Shown here one piece after another: positions 50,568-64,000 of a DNA stretch of 64,000 nucleotides (the first letter of the stretch is position 1; every line of letters begins with the position of its first letter). The notes under the pieces were generated by a model. The model had not been told where the DNA came from and ran no database searches. It saw only the letters and a list, made by a program, of their open reading frames with translations. The translations under genes were made by a program, and so were the position numbers. Location: positions 206,584,001 through 206,648,000 of the forward strand of contig OZ024740.1 in the NCBI GenBank assembly GCA_964016885.1, given 5' to 3'. This stretch comes from Eledone cirrhosa. Lineage: Eukaryota.

Positions 50568-52180
50568 AGTTAGTTTTGGTGGGAAATAGAAGGATAAAGT
50601 TAGTTTTGGTGGGTGGGATATAGAAGGATAAAGTTAGTTTTGGTGGGTGGGATATAGAAGGATAAAGTTAGTTTTGGTGGGATAGAGAAGGATAAAGTTA
50701 GTTTTGGTGGGTGGGATATAGAAGGATAAAGTTAGTTTTGGTGGGATAGAGAAGGATAAAGTTAGTTTTGGTGGGTGGGATATAGAAGGATAAAGTTAGT
50801 TTTGGTGGGATAGAGAAGGATAAAGTTAGTTTTGGTGGGTGGGATATAGAAGGATAAAGTTAGTTTTGGTGGGATAGAGAAGGATAAAGTTAGTTTTGGT
50901 GGGATATAGAAGGATAAAGTTAGTTTTGGTGGGATAGAGAAGGATAAAGTTAGTTTTGGTGGGTGGGATATAGAAGGATAAAGTTAGTTTTGGTGGGATA
51001 GAGAAGGATAAAGTTAGTTTTGGTGGGATATAGAAGGATAAAGTTAGTTTTGGTGGGATAGAGAAGGATAAAGTTAGTTTTGGTGGGATATAGAAGGATA
51101 AAGTTAGTTTTGGTGGGTGGGATATAGAAGGATAAAGTTAGTTTTGGTGGGATAGAGAAGGATAAAGTTAGTTTTGGTGGGATAGAGAAGGATAAAGTTA
51201 GTTTTGGTGGGTGGGATATAGAAGGATAAAGTTAGTTTTGGTGGGATAGAGAAGGATAAAGTTAGTTTTGGTGGGATAGAGAAGGATAAAGTTAGTTTTG
51301 GTGGATGGGATATAGAAGGATAAAGTTAGTTTTGGTGGGATATAGAAGGATAAAGTTAGTTTTGGTGGATGGGATATAGAAGGATAAAGTTAGTTTTGGT
51401 GGGATAGAGAAGGATAAAGTTAGTTTTGGTGGGATAGAGAAGGATAAAGTTAGTTTTGGTGGGATAGAGAAGGATAAAGTTAGTTTTGGTGGGATAGAGA
51501 AGGATAAAGTTAGTTTTGGTGGGTGGGATATAGAAGGATAAAGTTAGTTTTGGTGGGATAGAGAAGGATAAAGTTAGTTTTGGTGGGATAGAGAAGGATA
51601 AAGTTAGTTTTGGTGGGATAGAGAAGGATAAAGTTAGTTTTGGTGGGTGGGATATAGAAGGATAAAGTTAGTTTTGGTGGGATAGAGAAGGATAAAGTTA
51701 GTTTTGGTGGGATAGAGAAGGATAAAGTTAGTTTTGGTGGGATATAGAAGGATAAAGTTAGTTTTGGTGGATGGGATATAGAAGGATAAAGTTAGTTTTG
51801 GTGGGATAGAGAAGGATAAAGTTAGTTTTGGTGGGATAGAGAAGGATAAAGTTAGTTTTGGTGGGATAGAGAAGGATAAAGTTAGTTTTGGTGGGATAGA
51901 GAAGGATAAAGTTAGTTTTGGTGGGTGGGATATAGAAGGATAAAGTTAGTTTTGGTGGGATAGAGAAGGATAAAGTTAGTTTTGGTGGGATAGAGAAGGA
52001 TAAAGTTTGTTTTGGTGGGATAGAGAAGGATAAAGTTAGTTTTGGTGGGTGGGATATAGAAGGATAAAGTTAGTTTTGGTGGGATAGAGAAGGATAAAGT
52101 TAGTTTTGGTGGGATATAGAAGGATAAAGTTAGTTTTGGTGATGGGATATAGAAGGATAAAGTTAGTTTTGGTGGGATAA
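50568..52180. repeat. 30/34-bp minisatellite GTTAGTTTTGGTGG(GTGG)GATA(G/T)AGAAGGATAAA, about 50 copies
   Basis: Read directly. Confidence 0.98.
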
Positions 52181-52355
52181 AGTTGAAAAAGTTCAAGGAA
52201 AAAAAAAAAAAAAACTTATGAAGAATCTTTCTGTAATTCTGTAGAAATGGTTACAATGTCTTTAATATTTCTTTAAACTAATGAGTATTTTCATTAATTA
52301 CCAATAACAACTCAATTGGAATACTGAGAATATATGTGTCTCTCTATCTGTCTCT

Positions 52356-52392
<37 letters not shown>

Positions 52393-55084
52393 CTTTACTA
52401 AATTCATTGAGAATTTTAAGACAATACGCATTTTGAATCTCATTTCCTGTACAAACAAACAATTTAAGCTGAAGATCCAATTTAGACACACACACGCATA
52501 CACACACGACCCCCCCCCCCCCACACACACACACCCCACCACACACATTCACCCACACACTTGTATTATCAATACAAAGAAGAAAAACAAACCGTGTCAA
52601 TGTAAAATGTTTACACACCAAAGTTTGTAAGACACGAGACTTGTTAGTCTCGTGACATGAGGTAGCAAGCTAAACAGACCAACACGAGTCAAATTTCATA
52701 CACAGACTTCGAACAGATGTACCAGAACTTGGCAATCTCAATACATACACATATATACATACACACACATATACATACATACACACACATATACATAACA
52801 TGTGTGTGTACGTCTGTATGTGTGTGTGTGTATGTACGTCTGTATGCGCGCGTGTGTATGTACGTCTGTATGTGTATGTGTGTGTGTGTGTATTGAGATT
52901 GCCAAGTTCTGGTACGTTATATAACAAACAAACCCCCAGAAAAGAAAGCAAAAGAATAAAACTAAAACCAACATGGAAAACAAAACGCATCTACTGATGT
53001 TGTGCACCAAGACACCCACACATTTTGATACAGCTCACTATGGAGAAATAACAGGTTTACTTTTTAAATATAGTATAAATACATATCTGCTCCTCCTTCT
53101 TAGTGTTAATTCATATTGAACAAAATGAGGTTTGTTCTAACAGTTTAGTCAGCAGTTGTCACAAGTCATATGAAATAAACCGTTATTAGTATTATTTTTA
53201 TTATTTTTTCATATTTCAAGAAATTTCATAAGCGTTAAAAAGAAAATTGAGACTTAAAATCAGTTTTCATTACAGCTCTATATACCAGAGTTTTTCTTCT
53301 CTTCAGTAATAAAATGTGGCAGGCATTAAAGAGTGTAGGAGGCTATAACTTATGACTCATCAACTTTGAACTACATTTAACGTCAAATTATGGTTCTTTC
53401 CTTTTTCTTGAACTGAAAGTTCTTTTAAAACAGAACAGGGTGTTTTAATATCTACTTTACATCTTCACTCAAAAGCTTTAGGCTTCAACTCTGCCAGGAG
53501 AAAGTTTTATAAATCATCTTTGCCCACTTATTCCTGAGAGGGTTGTGGGGGCAGAGTCCTCAAACACTCCTTCCAGCGGGTCGGGTCCTGTTAGAGGCAA
53601 CCGTCTAACAGATCTGGCTGGATCCCCAAGCGAGACCATGGATGTTTTCCCAACCATCTTGCTTAGGGGTCTACTCCTGAGTCTCCTGCCGGTTGGTTTT
53701 GTCCATAAAATCCACCCAGTGATTCTTTCCTGAGACATTCTAACCACATGCTCATAGTATAGGAGTTGTGATCTCTCATTACCACATTTCTAATTAGAAA
53801 CAGCAACAACACTATATGTTTCCATTGGTTTTGAAAATAATCTCATTATTAAGCTGGTGTCTGGAACATAAAGGTTCTTACATAAAATTATGGAAGGCTT
53901 TTAGATAAATATATAAACTTTAAATAAACAGCCTGGTATCATAAGATTAAGGGCAATTTCAAAAGTGCCAAGTGTTCTTTCATGACCATATTTCTAATCA
54001 AATACACTAAGTTTCTTGAGAATAATGAAGAATTTGGAAGTATTTAAGTAAAATAAATAACGTTTTCATAATTTGGGATACTAAGTTAATGTTTGGAAGA
54101 AAAAAGGTTTTCATATAAAATTATGATGGAAGGTTTTAATTAGATATGAACACTAAAATAGATGTTCTCCAGCAGTTGATATTGAAAGGATTAAGATATG
54201 TTCATAGAATGAAATATAAATAAAATATAAATGTCATATTTCTAATGAAAGACACAGCCTATGATTTTCAAAGGCTGGCGTTTGAAATATAATTTAATAA
54301 AGGTTCTTACATAAACAAAATATGATGAAAGATTTTTAGATAAATCTAAACACATTAATATCACCAAAAAGTCTCAGTCTACCAATGTCAGATTGGAAAA
54401 GTGGATCTAGAAACAATGGTGAAGTTTCTATAACTGTTTGGTTTGTTGTAGTTAAACTCTTGTTAGCACAATTTGTAAAATAAAATGTCTAACAGTATTT
54501 TCAGTCTTTCAATCTAAAAAATAAGAACATGACAACCTCTTTAGTGCTGGTGCCATGATAAAATGCATCCACTACACTGTAGGTTAGGTTGACACAAGGA
54601 AGGGCATCTAGCTGTAGATGAGATGTTAGAATATGAAACATATGTGCAGCGCTCTCTAGACAGGGAAGTAGTTAGAGTTACTTCCCGTCGAAAGTCTAGA
54701 ACCCTCTTTTGCAACTTCTGGAAAGAGGTTATAAATAGCGGCAACACAGCCAACTCTTTCTCTCTTTGGCGCCTTTCCTTCAAACCGACAACACTGAAGA
54801 TGAACATGTTAATCACGGGCTTGGACTATACCTAAATATGTATGGGGATATTTGTGTACAACAATTATAACGGAGTTACAATAAAATGAAGACTTGTATT
54901 CGATATGGTGTTTTGTAAATCTATCTTATCCTTTTCTGTATAAAATTTAGTAGTTAGATTCCGGTGATATTTACTCAAGTAAATAATCCTGGGTCTGGCA
55001 GAACACTAAATATGCATAAGATGTTTTCTGATCTGTCTAGCTTTGCAGTGTGACAACCCATCCAACTCATGCCTGTGTGGAAAG

Positions 55085-55275
55085 CACGGTGAATTGGCAG
55101 TATTAGTAGAGGGTCGGACGCCATGCTTTGATGCATAGAGTTACGGCCCTTGCCATTCTGAGTTCAAATCCCGCCAAGGTTAACTTTGCCTTTCATCCTT
55201 ACGGGGTCGATAAAATAAAGTACCAGTAATACACTGGGAAATTGCTGGCCTTGTGCCAAAAGTAGAAACAATATT
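55085..55275 (+). mobile_element. Family A SINE copy, near-identical to 44960-45150
   Basis: Read directly. Confidence 0.85.
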
Positions 55276-55967
55276 AAGAAAAAAAAAACATTCTGAGATT
55301 GTTCCAAACACAATCTTTTCTCTAGTATCTGATACCAATCTAACGAAGATTGGAAATATTATCAGCCAGATTAACACTTTAGCATTTAAACCAGTCATAT
55401 CCAGCCAGAACTCTCTCTCACCTCTTTCTGATCAAACTGGCAGTAACCAGTCGCTTATACTGATGTTAAGGTATTTTTCTCAAAAAAAATATCAAAATCT
55501 CAGATTCGATATTATGTGAGGTAAAGCATTTACCATGACATAGTAGTAAATATAGGGTAATGTAAATGTTAAAGGGTTAAAATGTAAGGTGATATGGTTG
55601 AGAGGTAGTATGGCTCATCTGTGTCTTCAGAAATAGCCAGAACTATACAACTAACCAACATCAGATATTCCTGCTGTTAATGTTTCTTTAAAAAAAACAC
55701 AAAAAAAACATAAAATCAATAACAAAGAAAACAACAAAAAGCAACAAACAAAATAACTGAAGTTAGGATTTAAATATTCTGTTGAAATACAAACACAGTT
55801 CCTACATTTATCACTCATTCACCTGGACAATGGCTGAACAATATAAAAATAACCCCATAATAGCATTAAAATATTAATTAGTTGCATTTTAGTTTTAAAA
55901 CAATAGAATTATTTCCATGTTTTAATTTGTTCACTCTTAATAATAAATGTTCTATAAATAGCTCAGA

Positions 55968-55969
<2 letters not shown>

Positions 55970-56064
<95 letters not shown>

Positions 56065-59000
56065 AAGAAAGAGTATGAGAGAGAGAGAGAGAGAGTATGT
56101 ATGTGAGAGAGGGAGAGAAAGAAAGAGAATGTATGAGAGAGAGAGAGAGTATGTATGTGAGAGAAAGAGAAAGTGTATGTATGTGAGAGGGAGAGAAAGT
56201 GTATGTATGTGAGAGGGAGAGAAAGTGTATGTATGTGAGAGGGTGAGAAAGGTATGTATGTGAGAGGGTGAGAAAGTATGTATGTGAGAGGGAGAGAAAG
56301 TGTATGTATGTGAGAGGGTGAGAAAGTATGTATGTGAGAGGGAGAGAAAGTGTATGTATGTGAGAGGGTGAGAAAGTGTATGTATGTGAGAGGGAGAGAA
56401 AGTGTATGTATGTGAGAGGGTGAGAAAGTGTATGTATGTGAGAGGGTGAGAAAGTGTATGTATGTGAGAGGGGAGAGAAAGTGTATGTATGTGAGAGGGA
56501 GAGAAAGTGTGTATGTGAGAGGGAGAGAAAGTGTATGTATGTGAGAGGGAGAGAAAGTGTATGTATGTGAGAGGGAGAGAAAGTGTATGTATGTGAGAGG
56601 GAGAGAAAGTGTATGTATGTGAGAGAAAGAGAAGTGTATGTATGTGAGAGGGAGAGAAAGTGTATGTATGTGAGAGGGAGAGAAAGTGTATGTATGTGAG
56701 AGGGTGAGAAAGTGTATGTATGTGAGAGGGAGAGAAAGTGTATGTATGTGAGAGGGTGAGAAAGTGTATGTATGTGAGAGGGTGAGAAAGTGTATGTATG
56801 TGAGAGGGTGAGAAAGTGTATGTATGTGAGAGGGTGAGAAAGTGTATGTATGTGAGAGGGAGAGAAAGTGTATGTATGTGAGAGGGTGAGAAAGTATGTA
56901 TGTGAGAGGGTGAGAAAGTGTATGTATGTGAGAGGGAGAGAAAGTGTATGTATGTGAGAGGGTGAGAAAGTGTATGTATGTGAGAGGGTGAGAAAGTGTA
57001 TGTATGTGAGAGGGTGAGAAAGTGTATGTATGTGAGAGGGTGAGAAAGTGTATGTATGTGAGAGGGAGAGAAAGTGTATGTATGTGAGAGGGTGAGAAAG
57101 TATGTATGTGAGAGGGTGAGAAAGTGTATGTATGTGAGAGGGAGAGAAAGTGTATGTATGTGAGAGGGTGAGAAAGTGTATGTATGTGAGAGGGAGAGAA
57201 AGTGTATGTATGTGAGAGGGTGAGAAAGTGTATGTATGTGAGAGGGTGAGAAAGTGTATGTATGTGAGAGGGAGAGAAAGTGTATGTATGTGAGAGGGTG
57301 AGAAAGTGTATGTATGTGAGAGGGTGAGAAAGTGTATGTATGTGAGAGGGAGAGAAAGTGTATGTATGTGAGAGGGTGAGAAAGTATGTATGTGAGAGGG
57401 AGAGAAAGTGTATGTATGTGAGAGGGTGAGAAGTATGTATGTGAGAGGGTGAGAAAGTATGTATGTGAGAGGGAGAGAAAGTGTATGTATGTGAGAGGGT
57501 GAGAAAGTATGTATGTGAGAGGGAGAGAAAGTGTATGTATGTGAGAGGGAGAGAAAGTATGTATGTGAGAGGGTGAGAAAGTGTATGTATGTGAGAGGGA
57601 GAGAAAGTGTATGTATGTGAGAGGGAGAGAAAGTGTATGTATGTGAGAGGGTGAGAAAGTGTATGTATGTGAGAGGGTGAGAAAGTGTATGTATGTGAGA
57701 GGGAGAGAAAGTGTATGTATGTGAGAGGGTGAGAAAGTATGTATGTGAGAGGGAGAGAAAGTGTATGTATGTGAGAGGGTGAGAAAGTATGTATGTGAGA
57801 GGGAGAGAAAGTGTATGTATGTGAGAGGGTGAGAAAGTGTATGTATGTGAGAGGGTGAGAAAGTGTATGTATGTGAGAGGGAGAGAAAGTGTATGTATGT
57901 GAGAGGGTGAGAAAGTGTATGTATGTGAGAGGGAGAGAAAGTGTATGTATGTGAGAGGGAGAGAAAGTGTATGTATGTGAGAGGGAGAGAAAGTGTATGT
58001 ATGTGAGAGGGAGAGAAAGTGTATGTATGTGAGAGGGTGAGAAAGTGTATGTATGTGAGAGGGTGAGAAAGTGTATGTATGTGAGAGGGTGAGAAAGTAT
58101 GTATGTGAGAGGGTGAGAAAGTGTATGTATGTGAGAGGGTGAGAAAGTGTATGTATGTGAGAGGGTGAGAAAGTGTATGTATGTGAGAGGGTGAGAAAGT
58201 GTATGTATGTGAGAGGGTGAGAAAGTGTATGTATGTGAGAGGGAGAGAAAGTGTATGTATGTGAGAGGGAGAGAAAGTGTATGTATGTGAGAGGGTGAGA
58301 AAGTGTATGTATGTGAGAGGGTGAGAAAGTGTATGTATGTGAGAGGGTGAGAAAGTGTATGTATGTGAGAGGGTGAGAAAGTGTATGTATGTGAGAGGGA
58401 GAGAAAGTGTATGTATGTGAGAGGGAGAGAAAGTGTATGTATGTGAGAGGGTGAGAAAGTATGTATGTGAGAGGGAGAGAAAGTGTATGTATGTGAGAGG
58501 GTGAGAAAGTGTATGTATGTGAGAGGGAGAGAAAGTGTATGTATGTGAGAGGGTGAGAAAGTGTATGTATGTGAGAGGGTGAGAAAGTGTATGTATGTGA
58601 GAGGGTGAGAAAGTGTATGTATGTGAGAGGGTGAGAAAGTGTATGTATGTGAGAGGGAGAGAAAGTGTATGTATGTGAGAGGGTGAGAAAGTATGTATGT
58701 GAGAGGGTGAGAAAGTGTATGTATGTGAGAGGGAGAGAAAGTGTATGTATGTGAGAGGGTGAGAAAGTGTATGTATGTGAGAGGGAGAGAAAGTGTATGT
58801 ATGTGAGAGGGAGAGAAAGTGTATGTATGTGAGAGGGTGAGAAAGTGTATGTATGTGAGAGGGTGAGAAAGTGTATGTATGTGAGAGGGAGAGAAAGTGT
58901 ATGTATGTGAGAGGGTGAGAAAGTGTATGTATGTGAGAGGGAGAGAAAGTGTATGTATGTGAGAGGGTGAGAAAGTGTATGTATGTGAGAGGGAGAGAAA

Positions 59001-60380
59001 GTGTATGTATGTGAGAGGGAGAGAAAGTATGTATGTGAGAGGGTGAGAAAGTGTATGTATGTGAGAGGGTGAGAAAGTGTATGTATGTGAGAGGGAGAGA
59101 AAGTGTATGTATGTGAGAGGGTGAGAAAGTATGTATGTGAGAGGGAGAGAAAGTGTATGTATGTGAGAGGGTGAGAAAGTATGTATGTGAGAGGGTGAGA
59201 AAGTATGTATGTGAGAGGGAGAGAAAGTGTATGTATGTGAGAGGGTGAGAAAGTATGTATGTGAGAGGGAGAGAAAGTGTATGTATGTGAGAGGGAGAGA
59301 AAGTGTATGTATGTGAGAGGGAGAGAAAGTGTATGTATGTGAGAGGGAGAGAAAGTGTATGTATGTGAGAGGGTGAGAAAGTGTATGTATGTGAGAGGGT
59401 GAGAAAGTGTATGTATGTGAGAGGGAGAGAAAGTGTATGTATGTGAGAGGGAGAGAAAGTGTATGTATGTGAGAGGGAGAGAAAGTGTATGTATGTGAGA
59501 GGGAGAGAAAGTGTATGTATGTGAGAGGGTGAGAAAGTGTATGTATGTGAGAGGGTGAGAAAGTGTATGTATGTGAGAGGGAGAGAAAGTATGTATGTGA
59601 GAGGGAGAGAAAGTATGTATGTGAGAGGGTGAGAAAGTGTATGTATGTGAGAGGGTGAGAAAGTGTATGTATGTGAGAGGGAGAGAAAGTGTATGTATGT
59701 GAGAGGGTGAGAAAGTATGTATGTGAGAGGGAGAGAAAGTGTATGTATGTGAGAGGGTGAGAAAGTATGTATGTGAGAGGGTGAGAAAGTATGTATGTGA
59801 GAGGGAGAGAAAGTGTATGTATGTGAGAGGGTGAGAAAGTATGTATGTGAGAGGGAGAGAAAGTGTATGTATGTGAGAGGGAGAGAAAGTGTATGTATGT
59901 GAGAGGGAGAGAAAGTGTATGTATGTGAGAGGGAGAGAAAGTGTATGTATGTGAGAGGGTGAGAAAGTGTATGTATGTGAGAGGGTGAGAAAGTGTATGT
60001 ATGTGAGAGGGAGAGAAAGTGTATGTATGTGAGAGGGAGAGAAAGTGTATGTATGTGAGAGGGAGAGAAAGTGTATGTATGTGAGAGGGAGAGAAAGTGT
60101 ATGTATGTGAGAGGGTGAGAAAGTGTATGTATGTGAGAGGGTGAGAAAGTGTATGTATGTGAGAGGGAGAGAAAGTGTATGTATGTGAGAGGGTGAGAAA
60201 GTGTATGTATGTGAGAGGGTGAGAAAGTGTATGTATGTGAGAGGGAGAGAAAGTGTATGTATGTGAGAGGGTGAGAAAGTATGTATGTGAGAGGGTGAGA
60301 AAGTATGTATGTGAGAGGGTGAGAAAGTATGTATGTGAGAGGGAGAGAAAGTATGTATGTGAGAGGGAAAGAGGGACAGA
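55970..60380. repeat. (GA)n tract grading into a 24/26-bp minisatellite GTGTATGTATGTGAGAGGG(A/T)GAGAAA, about 4.3 kb
   Basis: Read directly. Confidence 0.98.
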
Positions 60381-61154
60381 GAGTGTTTGTGCTATTAATA
60401 TAACACTTGTTAATAATGAACATTCCAACAGACTGTGATGACATCATTCCTCAATGGAAGAACAGCAACCAAATTCTTGTTTATTCATCATCATCATCAT
60501 TGTTTTTATATCCATTTTTCCATGCTTGCATGGGTCCTTTGCAACACAGCATCTCTCCATACATCACACTCCTTTGTCATCTCCTCTGTGAGTCTCAGCA
60601 ACTTGAGATCAGCTTTCACCACCTCTGCCCAGGTCTTTCTTGGTCTACCTTTACTGCAGCTTCCTTCCGCTGGAATTTCTTGGCACTTCTTCATCCAGTG
60701 ATCATCATCCATGGACAGCCAGTTTTAAACTCCTCCATTATGGCCTGGAGAACTATGATGAATAGCAGAGGGATATTATTTAATGTAAGGACATCAACTA
60801 AATTCTTGTCTATTATTTAATGCTCTTGAGAATATTGGAGTGGAGGATAAACTGCTTTACAGCATTTGTTCCTGCTCTGTACATTCTGAGTTCAAATCCT
60901 ACTGAGGTCAATTTTGCCTTTCATCCTTGAGAGGCTGATAAAATAAAGTACAATATGTCCAGACAATCTCACTGCAGTTCATGATTCATCATTACCTGTC
61001 AGGGTGTGCAGTATAGCCCCCAGCTAGAAGGGGGCATGGCATAACTAGGAAAATGGATCTGTGGGCCTAGTATGTGCACGTCATAAGACTGTTTGATAAA
61101 GGCTGACCAAGTACTTAATAAAAGGGCTGACAGAGTGAAACAAAAGGATTGACT

Positions 61155-61322
61155 TAAGACTTATACAAAAGGCTGACCCAGGGATTATACAAAAGGACTG
61201 ACCTAGGGCTTATACAAAAGGGCTGACCTAGGGCTTATACAAAAGGGCTGAATTATGGCTTATACAAAAGGGCTGAATTAGGGCTTATACAAAAGGGCTG
61301 AATTAGAACTTATACAAAAGCA
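61155..61322. repeat. About 25-bp tandem repeat GGGCTTATACAAAAGGGCTGA.., about 7 copies
   Basis: Read directly. Confidence 0.88.
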
Positions 61323-63456
61323 ACAATTACTAGTCACAAACTATTTTCTTGTTCAAAAGTGCTAAACTCTTTATTAACCTGCCTGAAACTGTCCTAGTTT
61401 TATGAAACAACTATATATTTTAAAATGTTCATATTTATATTGATTTCTAATTTAAGCACAAGATCAGTAATGTTGACTAAACCAACCCCAGTACTTAACT
61501 GGTACTCTATTTTATTGATCCTAAAAAGATGAAAAGCAAATTTGACCATAGTGGAAATGTTCATACTTATATTAAAACCTTCCATTATAAATTTATTTAA
61601 GAAAATTTTGTTAAGTAATGTCACAAACATCAATTTACTAATCAAAAGTTTATTAAATTCTTAAAATTTTCAAAATTAATTGATACACATAGTATTTCAT
61701 TAAAAATATGATAATAAAAGGGTTAACAGTTAATTCCAACTTAAAATAATAAATACTTGAATAATCAGAGTTTTACTCAAGAAACAGAATTGGTAAATTT
61801 ATAATTTAATTTGTTAGACTATAAATATTTCTTTTTCTTTTACATAACATTCTCAACAATAACAATTCTTATCTATTTACACAGAAATTCATAAAGGACT
61901 AATACTAGTTTTCTGTCTTGAGGAGGAAAGCTAAAAAAAGAAGCCAACAGATATATTTGCTTCCCACAGCCATTGAAAATAGACAAAAGTAGCAGCTGTT
62001 AGTTGTTGGATTACACTAGATGTCTTGTTTGTAGATTAAGTAACTCTTGTTTATAGATTGTATAACAAACTGAGGATTTGGAATAAACAGCATCAGCCTT
62101 CAGGCTAAACAACCACAGATTAAAATTGAAAGCAGAATTTAACCTGATGAAAAGTGTATAATCATTACATATCATATAATCACTCACACATGTATGCACA
62201 TAAACATACACACACAGGTTGCCATTAAAACAAGAAGTTTTTTTTTATCAAGAGTACAAATTATTTTTAAAAGGCAATCACTCCAGCTTAATAGGATAAA
62301 TCATATACAGTTGAATAACCAGAGTTTTAATTATAAATGTCTATACTTATTAGAACGACAAAATACACTGATTTTATTCATAACTTTTTAAATGAGACAG
62401 AGTATGGAAAATGTCCCCGCTAACTCCTGTGAAATTCCATTTGTTCTACCAGAAGGTACTTTATCAGTCGTCCATTCTTATCAAATAAAAATATTACAAA
62501 TATTTTCCCATACACATTTGATAACTCAAATTATTATAGTGATAATTCATGTACTAAGATTTAAAAGACCTCCTCCAAAAAATAACAGCTGATTTTTAAA
62601 ACCCCTCTTTTTTTATTGAGGCTGAAATGAGAGTATTTTGATTTTAAATCCCCTAAAGAAGTGCACTATCATTGCAATACTTTTGTACACTCCTGAATAG
62701 ATAACCTGAGGGAGTTTTTACATGAAGGGTGGAGAATTTTTTTAGTACCAAGGGTGAATTCCAAGTACACAGGAACCTGTTGGACACATATTTGTGCTAA
62801 GAAAAATAATGAGCCTTCTTCTTTGCCAACTTATTCCTGGGAGGGTGATGAGGGCAGAGTCCTCCAACACTCCTTCCTGCAGGTCCTGTCAGAAGCAACC
62901 ATCTCCAATTGATCTGGCTGGATTCCCAAGTGAGACCAGCTGAGCTCATGGATGTTATCCAACCATCTTGCTCAGGGTCTACTCCTGAGTCCCTTGTTGG
63001 TTGATTTTGCTCATAAAATCTGTTCAGCGATTCTTTCCTAAGATATTCTAATGACATGTTTGTAATATTGGAGCTGTAATCTCTTTACTTTTACAAATCC
63101 AGAGATTTGTAACTTATAGCAAATTACTGGTTTATCTTTCCATAGAAGTTTTTGGAGATTTTATCAGTGGACAATTGAATATTTGAATGTGGGGGAAATT
63201 TTACTGAATACTATTAAGAATAATTTCAGGAATGACTTTAGAGAGTTTTGAAGTACTGATTAAATGGCCCTTTGTGTTCTATCTTACACTGCATCATTGA
63301 CAGAATGAACACTCAATCTACAGAGTTTCTTGTCACACATGTGTTCCCAGACTGGTGAGATTGATGTGGCTGATGTTTAGTTTAAACATGGTGGTTAATT
63401 TTTATAAGAAAAAATGTAGTAGTGGAGGAAGTACTAAGAAAGAGAAAGAGTTAGTG

Positions 63457-63457
<1 letters not shown>

Positions 63458-63501
<44 letters not shown>

Positions 63502-63504
63502 GAA

Positions 63505-63599
<95 letters not shown>
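63458..63599. repeat. (GA)n microsatellite
   Basis: Read directly. Confidence 0.98.
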
Positions 63600-63602
<3 letters not shown>

Positions 63603-64000
63603 GTGGGTGGGTGGAAGGTTATAAAGTTGTAAATAGGGAACATTAATAATTGTAGTTGACAGTGGGGTACTGTACATCTGCCTAGCACCTTATTAGTTTG
63701 CAGTATCTGCCTCCCAATGGGTTGGTATAGTTAGTATGTACAAACTTTACTGTATTCCCTCAGTGCACATGGATGTTGCTAGCAATATGTTCTTTTGAAT
63801 CATTATATAACTTATCTATTGCAATATTAGCACTTCCGTTAATGAGAAGCTCATTGATAAAACAAAATATCCTACTAATTTGTCCAACCATCATCACCAT
63901 TCTTTTTAAGTCTGCTTTTTCATGTTGGTATGGGATGGACAAGGTTGTTTGAAGAAGTTTCTCTACAACCAGATACCCTTCCTGATGTCAACACATACAT

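Noticed and set aside
55878-60447. 1516-aa and 1494-aa ORFs
   Set aside because: The G-free strand can only stop at TAA, which the repeat unit lacks, so all frames are trivially open.
48484-64000. Lipin promoter or first non-coding exon
   Set aside because: No CpG-rich promoter or convincing donor could be identified; it probably lies beyond the window.

Overview
AT-rich, repeat-dense animal DNA; the SINE/RTE-LINE content suggests an octopod cephalopod (inference). The window is dominated by one minus-strand gene, a lipin (Mg-dependent phosphatidate phosphatase, LPIN/Pah1 family). I reconstructed it by hand as 14 GT-AG coding exons from ATG 48469 to TGA 11408, phase-consistent throughout, about 956 aa, with N-LIP, polybasic NLS, M-LIP, DIDGT catalytic motif and C-terminal WREPL. 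Its 5' non-coding exon/promoter was not found. The introns and flanks hold large minisatellites (2.3, 8, 1.6 and 4.3 kb), (GA)n tracts, tRNA-derived SINEs, RTE and R4-like LINE fragments and MITEs. The long ORFs in the track are repeat artefacts. I found no convincing new multi-gene system. The best leads are a 15-nt in-frame candidate microexon, several near-perfect intronic fold-backs, inverted retroelement pairs bracketing exons (dsRNA editing or circRNA candidates), a strong bias to G-free satellites on the lipin sense strand, and a CpG-rich intronic element with CTCF/CRE-like motifs.
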